Notes: generated by a model not told the origin, from the sequence alone. Counted from the stretch's first letter, positions 9,448 to 18,861 are shown. The stretch is DNA of 64,000 bases from Bacillota bacterium (GCA_023441055.1 JAEZQY010000018.1:8164-72163); one strand, 5' to 3'. Numbers and translations: made by a program.

Positions 9448-9489
9448 CCCACATCCGCTGCTGATACAGCAGCGGATGTGGGTTTTTTT
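9448..9489 (+). terminator. rho-independent terminator
   Basis: A 16-bp perfect stem, 'cccacatccgctgctg'/'cagcagcggatgtggg', with a 3-nt loop followed by T7. Confidence 0.85.
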
Positions 9490-9490
9490 A

Positions 9491-9519
9491 TTGATTAAAG
9501 TAGTATATTGTTGGATAAT
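9491..9519 (+). promoter_or_regulatory. candidate sigmaA promoter of the 9587..15486 operon
   Basis: TTGATT (9491..9496), a 17-nt spacer and GATAAT (9514..9519), directly after the upstream terminator. Confidence 0.45.
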
Positions 9520-9586
9520 GTCAAATATGATAGATGGCATGATTGTGGAATACGACTAGCGCACGAGAAATGGGGTAAGGTGCGAT

Positions 9587-10744
9587 ATGGATGTTGATAT
9601 AGAAAAAGAGTTGCAGCGGCAGCTGATTGTTCCGCGCGAGCAAAGGCTGCTGTCGCTATTGTTCAAGGAACATGTAAGTAAAGAGGACGTTGAGCACCAG
9701 CTTCAAGGCTTGCATATCGATACGGAAAATCATTATTATTTGCTGATGCTGGCTCGTTTAGGTTTCGAGCGGAATTGGGTGGGGTTCCCTGAACATGTGA
9801 TCCCGCAATTGAAAGGGATTTATCGCTATTATCAGGCTCAGAATGCACTGCTGCTCCAGATGTTAATGAAGACGATCAAACAGTTGAATGAGGAACAGAT
9901 CACCCCGTTACTGATCAAGGGTGTCGCGATGCGTCTGCACTATGCCCCTGGGGTAGCCAGAATCATGGATGATGCAGACATTGTGATAGAGGGTAAGCAG
10001 TATGATAAGGCTATGTCCATTGTGCAAGGAATGGGTGCGGCGTATGTGGGCTATGCGAAGCATTCCAGCACTTACAAGCTAGGTCATGCGGAGTTCGATC
10101 TCCATCATGTTATTTATAAAAATCATAATGAAAAGGGCAGTGATATCTGGCGTCAAGTCGAACGGATTGAGGTGAACGGATGTCACTTTAACTTATTGTC
10201 GCCGATCGATATGTTCATCCATGTATTGGATACACAATCACGAGACATATTTCTGAATGAGCATATGAATCGCCGCATGAAATGGCTGTTCGATGCGAAA
10301 ATGGTGCTGAATCGGATGCCGGATAAGGATTGGGCCGCCATCGCTAAGCGAGCGCACGAATTGCATTGCAATTATCGGGTGTGCCTGATGATGAAACTGT
10401 TCGCAGCTTGTTTTCCAGAAGACATTTCGTTAGCGGATGTAGAAGCTTTATTTACAGTGGATCAAGGATATGCCAGGTGGCTGCAGGATGCTGTGAATTA
10501 TCGTGAGACGATCGTGCAATATGTAAAGGAACGGAATGTGTACGTATATAAATTCATCACGCCAAGGGTGTTTAAATTAAGGGTCAAATATAATCCGCTC
10601 TGGAAGGAATACAACTATCAGGCTCATGAATTAAAGAGATTAAGTCCGGGAATGAGCTATATCAGATATGTGGTGGAGCATTATCAACTCCATCAACCAC
10701 GGCAATTTTTCAAGAGAATTGTTTTGCGGTTACGCTTTCGTTAA
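9587..10744 (+). CDS. uncharacterised nucleotidyltransferase family protein (NTP_transf_5-like)
   Basis: 385 aa. 'LLIKGVAMRLHYAPGVARIMDDADIVI' fits the KG..(x)..R..D.D core of the family that accompanies HprK-like kinases in RiPP clusters. The assignment is by motif recall only. Confidence 0.65.
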   Translation: MDVDIEKELQRQLIVPREQRLLSLLFKEHVSKEDVEHQLQGLHIDTENHYYLLMLARLGFERNWVGFPEHVIPQLKGIYRYYQAQNALLLQMLMKTIKQLNEEQITPLLIKGVAMRLHYAPGVARIMDDADIVIEGKQYDKAMSIVQGMGAAYVGYAKHSSTYKLGHAEFDLHHVIYKNHNEKGSDIWRQVERIEVNGCHFNLLSPIDMFIHVLDTQSRDIFLNEHMNRRMKWLFDAKMVLNRMPDKDWAAIAKRAHELHCNYRVCLMMKLFAACFPEDISLADVEALFTVDQGYARWLQDAVNYRETIVQYVKERNVYVYKFITPRVFKLRVKYNPLWKEYNYQAHELKRLSPGMSYIRYVVEHYQLHQPRQFFKRIVLRLRFR

Positions 10745-10781
10745 TGGACACAGATTTCATACTAGAAAGTGAGATTAATCG

Positions 10782-11819
10782 ATGAGTAGTGAAAATACTA
10801 CAGTCTCCACATTTTTGGAAAGTGTGAACAATCGTATAGTAAAGAAGAATGGAGCTCTCTACGAGAGCTGGCAAGTCTCGCTAGCAGGCAAGGTTGTTGA
10901 AATTCGGTATTGGAATGAGTTGGAGGTGTCATTCATAAAAGCATCTCTTCTGGGAAGAGGGCTTCCAAAGGAGAAGTATACCGTACCGGATACGGTGGTC
11001 TGGTGTTATACGGATGATGTTAACGTCTATATTCCTGATTTGCTGCGCAATCAGCCGCTGCCCGAGGGTGCATTAACCGATGTCTATCAGGGCAGGGATG
11101 CAACGGGCTGTATGAAGGTCACGAGAAGCATTGGGATGACAGGCGGCGACTTCGCGCGAAGGACGTATTATTTCTGCAGACATGCAGGCACTTCTTACGA
11201 TGACTTTATGCTGGGGCACCCGCTATTACAGTTTTTTTATTTCTGGACCGAGCAGGAGAACTTATTGCTTCTTCATTCTGCTGCAGTTGGGATTAACCAT
11301 AAAGGGGTGTTGATTAGCGCGCGTGGAGGTTCCGGAAAGTCGACATTGTCGGTAAGCTGCTTGCTTGAGGGGTTAGCGTTTGTAGGTGACGATTATATTC
11401 TGATGAGCGGAGCAGGAGAACGCCATGCACTCCCGCTATATACAATGGTTGGCTTAAATCAGGATATGATTCAGCTGTTAAAGCCGGATATGCCCGTTGT
11501 TAAGACGGAGGAGAAGCGAAATAACAAGCAGTTCTTTGATGCAACAGCCTATCCGTTTGAAGAACAGTTACCGATTAAAGCGATCCTATATCCCCAAGTT
11601 ACGGAGCAGAGTGAACCAACTATAACGCCGACAGACCGAGGTCCGGTATTAGTCAAATTGGTTCATTCCAGCGCGAGTCAAATTGGTGGACGGCGAGATA
11701 CGCAATTGGTGAAGAGAATGATGGATCGATTGAAGGATTTACCTGTTTATCAGTTTAATCTTAGTAAAGACCTTAAGAAAAATGTAAACGTACTAAAACA
11801 CTTCGTGGAGGGACTTTAA
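10782..11819 (+). CDS. HPr-kinase-related P-loop kinase
   Basis: 345 aa. 'HSAAVGINHKGVLISARGGSGKSTLSVSCLLEGLAFVGDDYILM' resembles the HprK/P C-terminal catalytic core (Walker A followed by 'gDD'). Confidence 0.7.
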   Translation: MSSENTTVSTFLESVNNRIVKKNGALYESWQVSLAGKVVEIRYWNELEVSFIKASLLGRGLPKEKYTVPDTVVWCYTDDVNVYIPDLLRNQPLPEGALTDVYQGRDATGCMKVTRSIGMTGGDFARRTYYFCRHAGTSYDDFMLGHPLLQFFYFWTEQENLLLLHSAAVGINHKGVLISARGGSGKSTLSVSCLLEGLAFVGDDYILMSGAGERHALPLYTMVGLNQDMIQLLKPDMPVVKTEEKRNNKQFFDATAYPFEEQLPIKAILYPQVTEQSEPTITPTDRGPVLVKLVHSSASQIGGRRDTQLVKRMMDRLKDLPVYQFNLSKDLKKNVNVLKHFVEGL

Positions 11820-11821
11820 GC

Positions 11822-12241
11822 ATGTATACATTAAACGAAGAAAAGATGTTCTATGATATTGCTGACGGACAAGCCATCGTTATTAATTTTGTTACAGGCA
11901 TGTATTACGGAACCAATGAGCTCGGATCGAAGGTGCTAGATGCGTTATTACAAGGAAAGGCGCCAGCGCACATTGTTGCGGCAATCAAGTGTAATGAAAA
12001 CTGTGTGGCGGACATTGATCAGCGTGTAGAGCAGTTTATTGCCGTTCTTACGTATAAGGAAATATTAATTCTCAATGATCAACCGTACAGCGAGGAAGGA
12101 CTGGACAATGTTGTCGTAGCTGATGGCGATTATAGCCTTGAGCTGAATGAGTTCGCGGAGGTTCAAGATCTTCTGCTGGCAGACCCGGTCCATGATGTGG
12201 AAGAAGCGGTCGGATGGCCTAAGCTCAAAGAAGAGGCTTGA
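11822..12241 (+). CDS. PqqD-family (RRE-like) peptide-binding protein with acidic C-terminal extension
   Basis: The first ~85 aa, 'FYDIADGQAIVINFVTGMYYGTNELGSKVLDALLQG', look like PqqD. The last ~50 aa are rich in D/E. The start lies 2 nt after the upstream stop. Confidence 0.65.
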   Translation: MYTLNEEKMFYDIADGQAIVINFVTGMYYGTNELGSKVLDALLQGKAPAHIVAAIKCNENCVADIDQRVEQFIAVLTYKEILILNDQPYSEEGLDNVVVADGDYSLELNEFAEVQDLLLADPVHDVEEAVGWPKLKEEA

Positions 12242-12245
12242 ACCA

Positions 12246-12911
12246 GTGAAGCTATCCATTATTATGCCCGTATATAATGCGGCGGCTTATTTGGTAGAAG
12301 CGGTGGAATCGATATGGAACCAAACCTGGAATGGATCGAGGGAGATTATTATTGTGGATGACCAATCTGAGGATCATTCCCTCTCCATCGCCGAGCGTTT
12401 GGGTGATGCTGTGGTCTCGGTGGTGCATGGCGGCGCAGCAAAGGCAAGGAACGTTGGACTGCACATGGCTAGCGGGCAATTCGTGTTTTTTATGGATGCA
12501 GATGATGTACTATGGCAGGATGCGTTGGAGAAGCTTTTCCATGCAATGGAAGTAGACGAACGTTGTGAGATTGTGTATGGGAAGGCAGAGGACTTTATTT
12601 CGCCGGAGTTACCGGATGACGAGCAGCGGAGACTGAAGGCCAGAGAATCCGGTTACGGCGGTGTTCTGCCGGGATGTGCGCTTATCAGGAGATCGCTCTT
12701 CGATCGGAGCGGTGCCTTCGATGAGAAGCTTTCAAGCGGAGAAACGGTAGATTGGATGATGAGGGTAAAGGAAATAGGCGCCGTGGTCCGGGAGATTAAT
12801 CAAGTAACCTTAAGACGACGCCTTCATATGACCAATACCGGACGTCTGAAGCGTGGCGAGGAAATGAAAAATTATGCAGCTATTCTAAGGAAAAGGATGT
12901 CGAAGGAATGA
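12246..12911 (+). CDS. family 2 glycosyltransferase
   Basis: 'LSIIMPVYNAAAYLVEAVESIWNQTW...IIIVDDQSED...FMDADD'. I chose the GTG at 12246, just after the PqqD stop. The track start at 12147 overlaps the PqqD gene in another frame. Confidence 0.85.
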   Translation: MKLSIIMPVYNAAAYLVEAVESIWNQTWNGSREIIIVDDQSEDHSLSIAERLGDAVVSVVHGGAAKARNVGLHMASGQFVFFMDADDVLWQDALEKLFHAMEVDERCEIVYGKAEDFISPELPDDEQRRLKARESGYGGVLPGCALIRRSLFDRSGAFDEKLSSGETVDWMMRVKEIGAVVREINQVTLRRRLHMTNTGRLKRGEEMKNYAAILRKRMSKE

Positions 12912-13765
12912 GGCCTTTAGTATCGATCATCTCGCCCGTATACAATGCCATGCCTTACCTGAACACCTTCTTAGATTCGGTAGAAAGCCAAACCTATGCG
13001 CCATTGGAGCTTATCGTAGTAGATGACGGGTCTATGGATGATTCCTTGGCGGTCCTCACCGAGCGAGCGGCTGGGCTAGAAGCAAAAGGAATATCGGTGC
13101 AGGTGTTATCTCAGCAGCATGCAGGTCAGGTGGCTGCAGTTAATGTGGCATTGCCGAGGGTTCGCGGCGAGCTGTTAACCTGGTGCGATGCGGATGACTA
13201 CTGGATGAAGGACAGTATTGAGAAGATGGCGGAATGTCTGCTTGCTCATCGCGATATCCATATCGTGCGTACGAACGGCATCATCGAGGATAATACAGAG
13301 AACCCGATCACGTTTAGAGAAAAGGAAAAACAACCGTTCTTGTCAGATATCTTTTACGACTTGCTGCATGAGCGCATCTTGGAGCTTGCCGGCCGATTTA
13401 TGGTGCGTACCGAAGCGTTGTTCTCCTGTTATCCGAACCGTCAGATTCCTAAGTCGCCAGTGGATCAAAACCCGCAGCTTCTGCTTCCAGTCGCAAGCCG
13501 AAGCAAGTGTGCTTATATCGACGAGGAGCTGCATGTATATTGCAGAAGAAGCAGCGGTCATTCCAGCACGAGGCGCAGCTTTACCGAGATGATGCAACGG
13601 GTTGAAGATATCAAGCAGCTTTATTTAAGTATTTTGCCCCATTGTGACTGTGACCAAGACTATTATCGCCAAGAAGTGGATCATATCGTGGCTAAATGCA
13701 AGAAGAATGTCATGCTTACTGCTGCTATGGCAGCAAGAAAGGGAACGAGTACAAAGCTGTCATGA
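12908..13765 (+). CDS. family 2 glycosyltransferase
   Basis: 'VSIISPVYNAMPYLNTFLDSVESQTY..LELIVVDDGSMDDS...WCDADD'. ATGA overlap with the upstream gene. Confidence 0.85.
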   Translation: MRPLVSIISPVYNAMPYLNTFLDSVESQTYAPLELIVVDDGSMDDSLAVLTERAAGLEAKGISVQVLSQQHAGQVAAVNVALPRVRGELLTWCDADDYWMKDSIEKMAECLLAHRDIHIVRTNGIIEDNTENPITFREKEKQPFLSDIFYDLLHERILELAGRFMVRTEALFSCYPNRQIPKSPVDQNPQLLLPVASRSKCAYIDEELHVYCRRSSGHSSTRRSFTEMMQRVEDIKQLYLSILPHCDCDQDYYRQEVDHIVAKCKKNVMLTAAMAARKGTSTKLS

Positions 13766-15486
13766 AACGATCAATCGGAGCAAACGTCCATACATTGTGG
13801 AGCTTATTTAGTCGAAGGCGGCAATTTCAATTATGTGTACTGGTGCTTTTCTATGTGATCGGCGCCGTATTAGAAACCGCGAGCATTTCACTTATTTTCC
13901 CTTTTGTTTCGGTCATTTTAGACGGGGACAATGAGAGTATGAGGAAGGCTGTTTTTTTGGCGGGAATGGTTTTGCTTTGTTTTCTCGTCAAGAACCTATT
14001 CTTGTATGGGTTAGGCATCATTAAACGCAAATTTATCATGACCAATTATCGGGATACGAGCAAGGCGCTGCTTCGCACATATTTGGGTCAAGATTATCAA
14101 TCGTTCACAAATGAGGATTCGTCTGTAGTTATTAATAACGTTAACAAGTATACGAGCTCGATCTTCTTGAGCATCCAGAATATGCTGGAGTTCCTTGCAG
14201 AAACACTGGTTATTCTGATGCTATTGGCTTACATGTTCGTCTTGAATGTGGAGATATCGGCGGCTATGCTTCTCCTATACGTGCTTATTATGGTCCTGTT
14301 TCATCGGTATATTTATATGAAAGTGCGAGAGATCGGGAGACACTCCAATCACAGCTTCGATCGAATGAGTGCTGTTACAAGAGAAGCCATTACGGGAATT
14401 AAGGAAGTCAAGCTGTATAACGCCAAGAAAGCCGTAGATCAACTCTATGGAGGGCATATTGAGGTAAATGCAGACTTAGAAGTAAAGCAGACGGTTTATT
14501 CCACGTTGCCTCGATATCTGATTGAATTGATTACGGTAGCTTCTATGTTGCTAGTGTTCTTGGCTACTATGGCCACGAATGGCTCATCAGCGGACGTGAT
14601 GTCGAAGATGACGATTCTAGCGTTGATATTAATTCGAGTTATGCCAGGCGTTACGAGAATCAATGGCTATTTATCTTCTCTGTATGCCAATTCTGCGGTG
14701 CTGGATCGAATGGATGGCGATTTCTTCGAGATGGTTCGGGGAATCCTTAGGGAAGATAACAGAAGCAGGTTGTATGACGCCAATCAGCAAGATCATGATG
14801 GACGAGGCACAGTGAGGTTTGAACCAGGCAGCAAGCTTGTATGCAGAGATCTGTCTTTCTCCTATGAGAATGGAAAAGAAGTTTTGTGTAAAGTGAACTT
14901 AGAGATTCCATGCGGAGCGATCGTTGGGCTAAAGGGTCCATCTGGAATAGGCAAGAGTACTCTGTTACATGTGTTGACGGGGCTGCTGCTGCCAAGTGAA
15001 GGATCAATCTATGTGGAGCGCGCAGATGGAACGAAGGAACAATTAAACGAGAACAAGCTTCACGCAGGTTATCTGCCGCAAAGCGTATTTATGCTCAATG
15101 CTACTTTGAAGGAGAATATAGCTTTCTTCCGCGACTATGTGCCAGAAAAATTGAAGCATGCGATATCGGTAGCGCAAATAACAGATATGATGGCAGGACT
15201 CCGGCTTGGTGAGGATACCCATCTAGGTGAAAACGGAATCTTCCTATCCGGTGGACAGTGTCAACGTGTCGGTTTGGCGAGAGCGGTGTACGATTGTCCG
15301 GATCTGCTGGTGCTCGACGAGGGGACATCTGCACTGGACGAAGGTCTTGAAGAAGAAGTGATGAGAGCGGTGATGGGATTGAAAAATCAGACTGTTATCA
15401 TTGCCTCGCATCGAGAATCGACTCTAAAGCATTGTGACTTTGTGTATGAATTGGCTGCCCAATCAAGCCATACTAGAGCTGAATAA
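13762..15486 (+). CDS. ABC exporter, fused permease/ATPase (no peptidase domain)
   Basis: Six-TM N-terminal half. Walker A is 'GPSGIGKST', the signature is 'LSGGQCQR' and Walker B is 'LLVLDEGTSALD'. The ATG at 13762 overlaps the upstream stop (ATGA). Confidence 0.9.
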   Translation: MKRSIGANVHTLWSLFSRRRQFQLCVLVLFYVIGAVLETASISLIFPFVSVILDGDNESMRKAVFLAGMVLLCFLVKNLFLYGLGIIKRKFIMTNYRDTSKALLRTYLGQDYQSFTNEDSSVVINNVNKYTSSIFLSIQNMLEFLAETLVILMLLAYMFVLNVEISAAMLLLYVLIMVLFHRYIYMKVREIGRHSNHSFDRMSAVTREAITGIKEVKLYNAKKAVDQLYGGHIEVNADLEVKQTVYSTLPRYLIELITVASMLLVFLATMATNGSSADVMSKMTILALILIRVMPGVTRINGYLSSLYANSAVLDRMDGDFFEMVRGILREDNRSRLYDANQQDHDGRGTVRFEPGSKLVCRDLSFSYENGKEVLCKVNLEIPCGAIVGLKGPSGIGKSTLLHVLTGLLLPSEGSIYVERADGTKEQLNENKLHAGYLPQSVFMLNATLKENIAFFRDYVPEKLKHAISVAQITDMMAGLRLGEDTHLGENGIFLSGGQCQRVGLARAVYDCPDLLVLDEGTSALDEGLEEEVMRAVMGLKNQTVIIASHRESTLKHCDFVYELAAQSSHTRAE

Positions 15487-15551
15487 CTCTTATACGCAAC
15501 ATATAGTACAATAGAATGGTGTTTTCCATTGAATGAAGGGTGTGGGTAATT

Positions 15552-17426
15552 ATGCATAACGATTTGACATCCTTGCTACTAGTTGTTGCACTAGCCTTCA
15601 TAGTCCCAATAGTGCTCCAATATTTTAATTTGCGTGTCATTCCTGTTGTTGTCGCAGAAATCTTCGTAGGTTTAATTATTGGAAATTCTGGTTTTGATCT
15701 TATTCGGCCAGATGGATGGGTGACTCAATTATCCACACTGGGTCTCATTTTCCTCATGTTCTTGAGCGGACTTGAAATGGATGTTTCGCTCTTTAAACCG
15801 AAGAAGAGGCCCAAAGAAATTCTTGACCATTTGTCAGAGGACCACTATAAAGATCAGCTTACGAAGAGAAGACCCCCGAATGCGTTCGCGTTATCGATCA
15901 TTATCTTCATACTGATCATGATTATATCCTATGGCTGCGCATTGCTCTTACAGCAGTTAAACTACGTCTCAGAGCCTTATTTGTTCACGATCATGATTGC
16001 GTCAATTTCCCTAGGTGTGGTCGTGCCAGTACTTAAGGAGAAGAAACTGTTAGATCATGCTTATGGACAAACCTTACTCCTGATCACAATTATTTCCGAT
16101 TTGGTCACGATGATTTTACTCGGTATCTATATTAGCCTACAGGCAGGCAATGCCGACAGCTTATGGCTGCTTGGTTTATTCTTCGTCCTCGTCTTCCTGA
16201 TATATCGGTTCGCTGCTAAGTATGTTCATTCTAAATTTGTTACCAAAATAACTAGCGGAAGCACTGCTCAATTTGGTACACGCGCGATCTTCGCGCTTAT
16301 CCTCATGCTGGTGGTGCTAAGTGAGACGCTGGGAGTGGAAAGTATTCTCGGTGCGTTCCTCGCGGGGGTTATCGTATCCCTCCTGCGGCCTTCGCGAGAG
16401 CTGATCCATCAGCTGGAGTCATTTGGCTACGGATTTCTCATCCCTATATTCTTTATCATGATCGGGGTTGATTTAGACATCCCGGCATTGGTGACGAATT
16501 GGAGAATACTCCTACTCATTCCATTGTTAACGGCGCTCATCTTCGTGGCGCGCTATATTCCAACGCTTCTGATGGGCTTTTGGTTCCACTGGAAATCTGC
16601 CTCCTCCGGCGGCATTCTTATGGGCAGCACATTAAGCCTAGTGATTGCTGCAGCGTCTATCGCGTATGACTTAGACATCATTAGCGCTGATCTACAGGGT
16701 GCTGTCATTCTGGCAAGTGTCATCAGCTGCTTGTTATTCCCTGTTCTATTTAATAAGCAGGTGCCGCGTATTCAAGCTGCGCGTGTGCGCGCATCCTTAA
16801 TTGGGGCCAATCACATTACGCTCCCAGTCTCTCAGGATCTCCAGAAGGACGGTTATGACATAACCATATATAGCGCGGATGCATCGATCGGCGATCAAGC
16901 AATGAAGCATGATTATGGACGATTTCCTCTTGTTGCTGTATCAGATATGAGTGAAGATTCGTTGCTACGAGCAGGTGCGTTTCATACGGATGTCATTGTT
17001 TTCGGTTCGATGGATGAGAAGCATAACGCAGAACTGGCTCGCGCAGCGAAATTGCTGGGACTTGAGAACATTATTGTTCGAGCTGAGAGCCCTGAGCTCA
17101 TTCAATCCCTGCAGGAGGACAAGTTCAATGTATTCTCGACTTTGTTCGCCTCCCGTATGCTATTGAGGGGACTCATTCAATACCCGAGCGCTGTCATGCT
17201 GATGTCACAGGATGATTCCCTGCAGGAAATTAATGTCGATAATCCGAAGTACAATCATGTTCAGCTGAAAGCACTGCCGTTTCTTGGCGATGCCTTAATC
17301 TTACGAATTTATCGAGGAGAGTCGATCATTATTCCGCATGGGGCGACACAGCTGCTTCTTCAAGACCGATTGCTCGTAAGCGGCAGTCCAGAATCCATTC
17401 AAGCACTCAAGGGAGAGTTGGAGTAA
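15552..17426 (+). CDS. cation:proton antiporter (CPA family) with C-terminal regulatory (RCK/TrkA-C-like) region
   Basis: About 400 aa of polytopic Na_H_exchanger-like region, then a soluble tail of about 200 aa. The start could be the GTG at 15540 or the ATG at 15552. Confidence 0.8.
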   Translation: MHNDLTSLLLVVALAFIVPIVLQYFNLRVIPVVVAEIFVGLIIGNSGFDLIRPDGWVTQLSTLGLIFLMFLSGLEMDVSLFKPKKRPKEILDHLSEDHYKDQLTKRRPPNAFALSIIIFILIMIISYGCALLLQQLNYVSEPYLFTIMIASISLGVVVPVLKEKKLLDHAYGQTLLLITIISDLVTMILLGIYISLQAGNADSLWLLGLFFVLVFLIYRFAAKYVHSKFVTKITSGSTAQFGTRAIFALILMLVVLSETLGVESILGAFLAGVIVSLLRPSRELIHQLESFGYGFLIPIFFIMIGVDLDIPALVTNWRILLLIPLLTALIFVARYIPTLLMGFWFHWKSASSGGILMGSTLSLVIAAASIAYDLDIISADLQGAVILASVISCLLFPVLFNKQVPRIQAARVRASLIGANHITLPVSQDLQKDGYDITIYSADASIGDQAMKHDYGRFPLVAVSDMSEDSLLRAGAFHTDVIVFGSMDEKHNAELARAAKLLGLENIIVRAESPELIQSLQEDKFNVFSTLFASRMLLRGLIQYPSAVMLMSQDDSLQEINVDNPKYNHVQLKALPFLGDALILRIYRGESIIIPHGATQLLLQDRLLVSGSPESIQALKGELE

Positions 17427-17445
17427 TGGTATGGACTATCGTCTG

Positions 17446-18861
17446 TTATGAAGGAAGGGTAGAGGAAGTGGGCAAAGTGAACGTGAAAATGGTTTTCTCA
17501 TTCTGTGCACTGTGTACGTCAACCATCCCGTGATGGGCTACCGCTATCTCTCGTACAATGGATAACCCAATTCCCATTCCTTCACCGTTCCGCGCTGCTG
17601 ACCCTCGGTAAAAGCGCTCGAAAATATGCATGATCTGATCTTCGGGTATACCGGGACCGTGGTCCGTAATTCGGACATGCACCCCGTGTTCATCCTTTTC
17701 TAAGGAAACACCAAGATAGTTCCCCGTGCTCCCATAATGAATGGCATTTTCGATTAAGTTTCTAACTGCTCTCTCGAATAAATAGGCATCGACTAATGCG
17801 TAGATCGGTTGATCGGGGATCTGAATATCGAATGCTATTTTCTTCCGTTCTAAAATCGAGACGAAATCGGCGGAAATTTTCCTCAGATGCTCGGTAACAT
17901 TCGATGTATGTAATTCGATATTCCCTTTTCTCGTATCCAAGTTAGAGATCTCTAGCAATTTTTGCAGCAATCTTCCCATGTATTGGGATTGTCTTATTAT
18001 GATCTCTACAAACTTTTTTTCTGCTGTTGCCGTGTCCTCTAATTCTTCATATAACGTTTCGGCATAACCTTGAATCTTCGTCATAGGTGTCCGTAGATCA
18101 TGGGACAAGTTTGCAATTAGTGTTTTCTTATTTCTGTCGAATCCTTGAATTTCCGAGACCTGTTCGTTGATCCGCTCGGACATGGCATTGAAGTGGCTAG
18201 TTAATTGTCCAATTTCATCCGGTGATTGATCCTTAATCGTAATGACCGTTTTTTTTGCATCAATATGATTCATTGCGTTAGTCAGCATTTTGAGTCTATG
18301 GTTCATCCGCAGGACAAATAAAAAGGAGACGATATAGGGCGTCAATAGAAACAAGAGCAAAGGTAATAGGAGTGCTAATGAATCGCTATAATCTCTTATG
18401 TTTAGTTTCACTTGACTGGCTTGCATGGCTTCGACCGGAAGCTCCATGATGATATATTGTGTCTCATGTTCCTTCTCCCATGAGAACGCAAAAGTGATAT
18501 CCAGTCCTGGCATCCAGAAGCGATCGGGTGTATGTATAAACTTAGATGTCATTTCATGAAAGGTATAGCTTTCGGTTCTTCCGTTCGTTGAGTAAATTAT
18601 CGTTCCTTCTGGTGTGACCCAATGCAAATCCAGTTCGGGGTGATCCGATACGGTTTGTTCCAGCAGGTCGAACATCTGTGCCGGACTCACATGGAGTCGC
18701 TCTGCGTCTTCCGCAATCTGCTGACCGAGTGCATTCAGTTCCCTAGGGGCGTAGCCCTTGCTGAATATGTCGCTAATGATTAAAGATAAGGCAATAAAAA
18801 CAACAAGGCCGAGAATGGAAGCTGCAACCATTAATAAACCGAGTTTCGCATTTAACTTCAT
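17446..18861 (-). CDS. sensor histidine kinase (2 TM, HAMP, HisKA, HATPase_c)
   Basis: H-box 'LSHDLRTPMTKIQGY', N-box 'NLIENAIHYG' and G-boxes 'DHGPGIP' and 'GMGIGLSIV'. Confidence 0.9.
   Translation of the reverse strand: MKLNAKLGLLMVAASILGLVVFIALSLIISDIFSKGYAPRELNALGQQIAEDAERLHVSPAQMFDLLEQTVSDHPELDLHWVTPEGTIIYSTNGRTESYTFHEMTSKFIHTPDRFWMPGLDITFAFSWEKEHETQYIIMELPVEAMQASQVKLNIRDYSDSLALLLPLLLFLLTPYIVSFLFVLRMNHRLKMLTNAMNHIDAKKTVITIKDQSPDEIGQLTSHFNAMSERINEQVSEIQGFDRNKKTLIANLSHDLRTPMTKIQGYAETLYEELEDTATAEKKFVEIIIRQSQYMGRLLQKLLEISNLDTRKGNIELHTSNVTEHLRKISADFVSILERKKIAFDIQIPDQPIYALVDAYLFERAVRNLIENAIHYGSTGNYLGVSLEKDEHGVHVRITDHGPGIPEDQIMHIFERFYRGSAARNGEGMGIGLSIVREIAVAHHGMVDVHSAQNEKTIFTFTLPTSSTLPS

Noticed and set aside
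9518-9559. 13-codon ORF (MSNMIDGMIVEYD) in the leader of the RiPP-like operon, considered as a possible precursor peptide.
   Set aside because: It has no Shine-Dalgarno sequence. Its ATG overlaps the predicted -10 box, so it probably lies partly upstream of the transcription start. It is also far too short to carry a leader recognised by a PqqD/RRE domain.
12147-12245. Track start of the first GT2 ORF (12147), which overlaps the PqqD gene by ~95 nt.
   Set aside because: The N-terminal 33 residues have no GT2 character and lie in an alternative frame of the PqqD tail. The GTG at 12246 gives the canonical 'LSIIMPVYN' GT2 N-terminus right after the upstream stop. The same logic applies to 13696 versus 13762 for the ABC gene, 2938 versus 2998, 40536 versus 40611, 51282 versus 51315, and the extended tops of the minus-strand ORFs at 19598 and 51207.
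9587-15486. Calling the operon a lasso-peptide cluster.
   Set aside because: No Asn-synthetase-like macrolactam synthetase (~600 aa) and no transglutaminase-like leader peptidase is present anywhere in the window. Only the accessory and recognition genes are there, so the lasso label would be unsupported.
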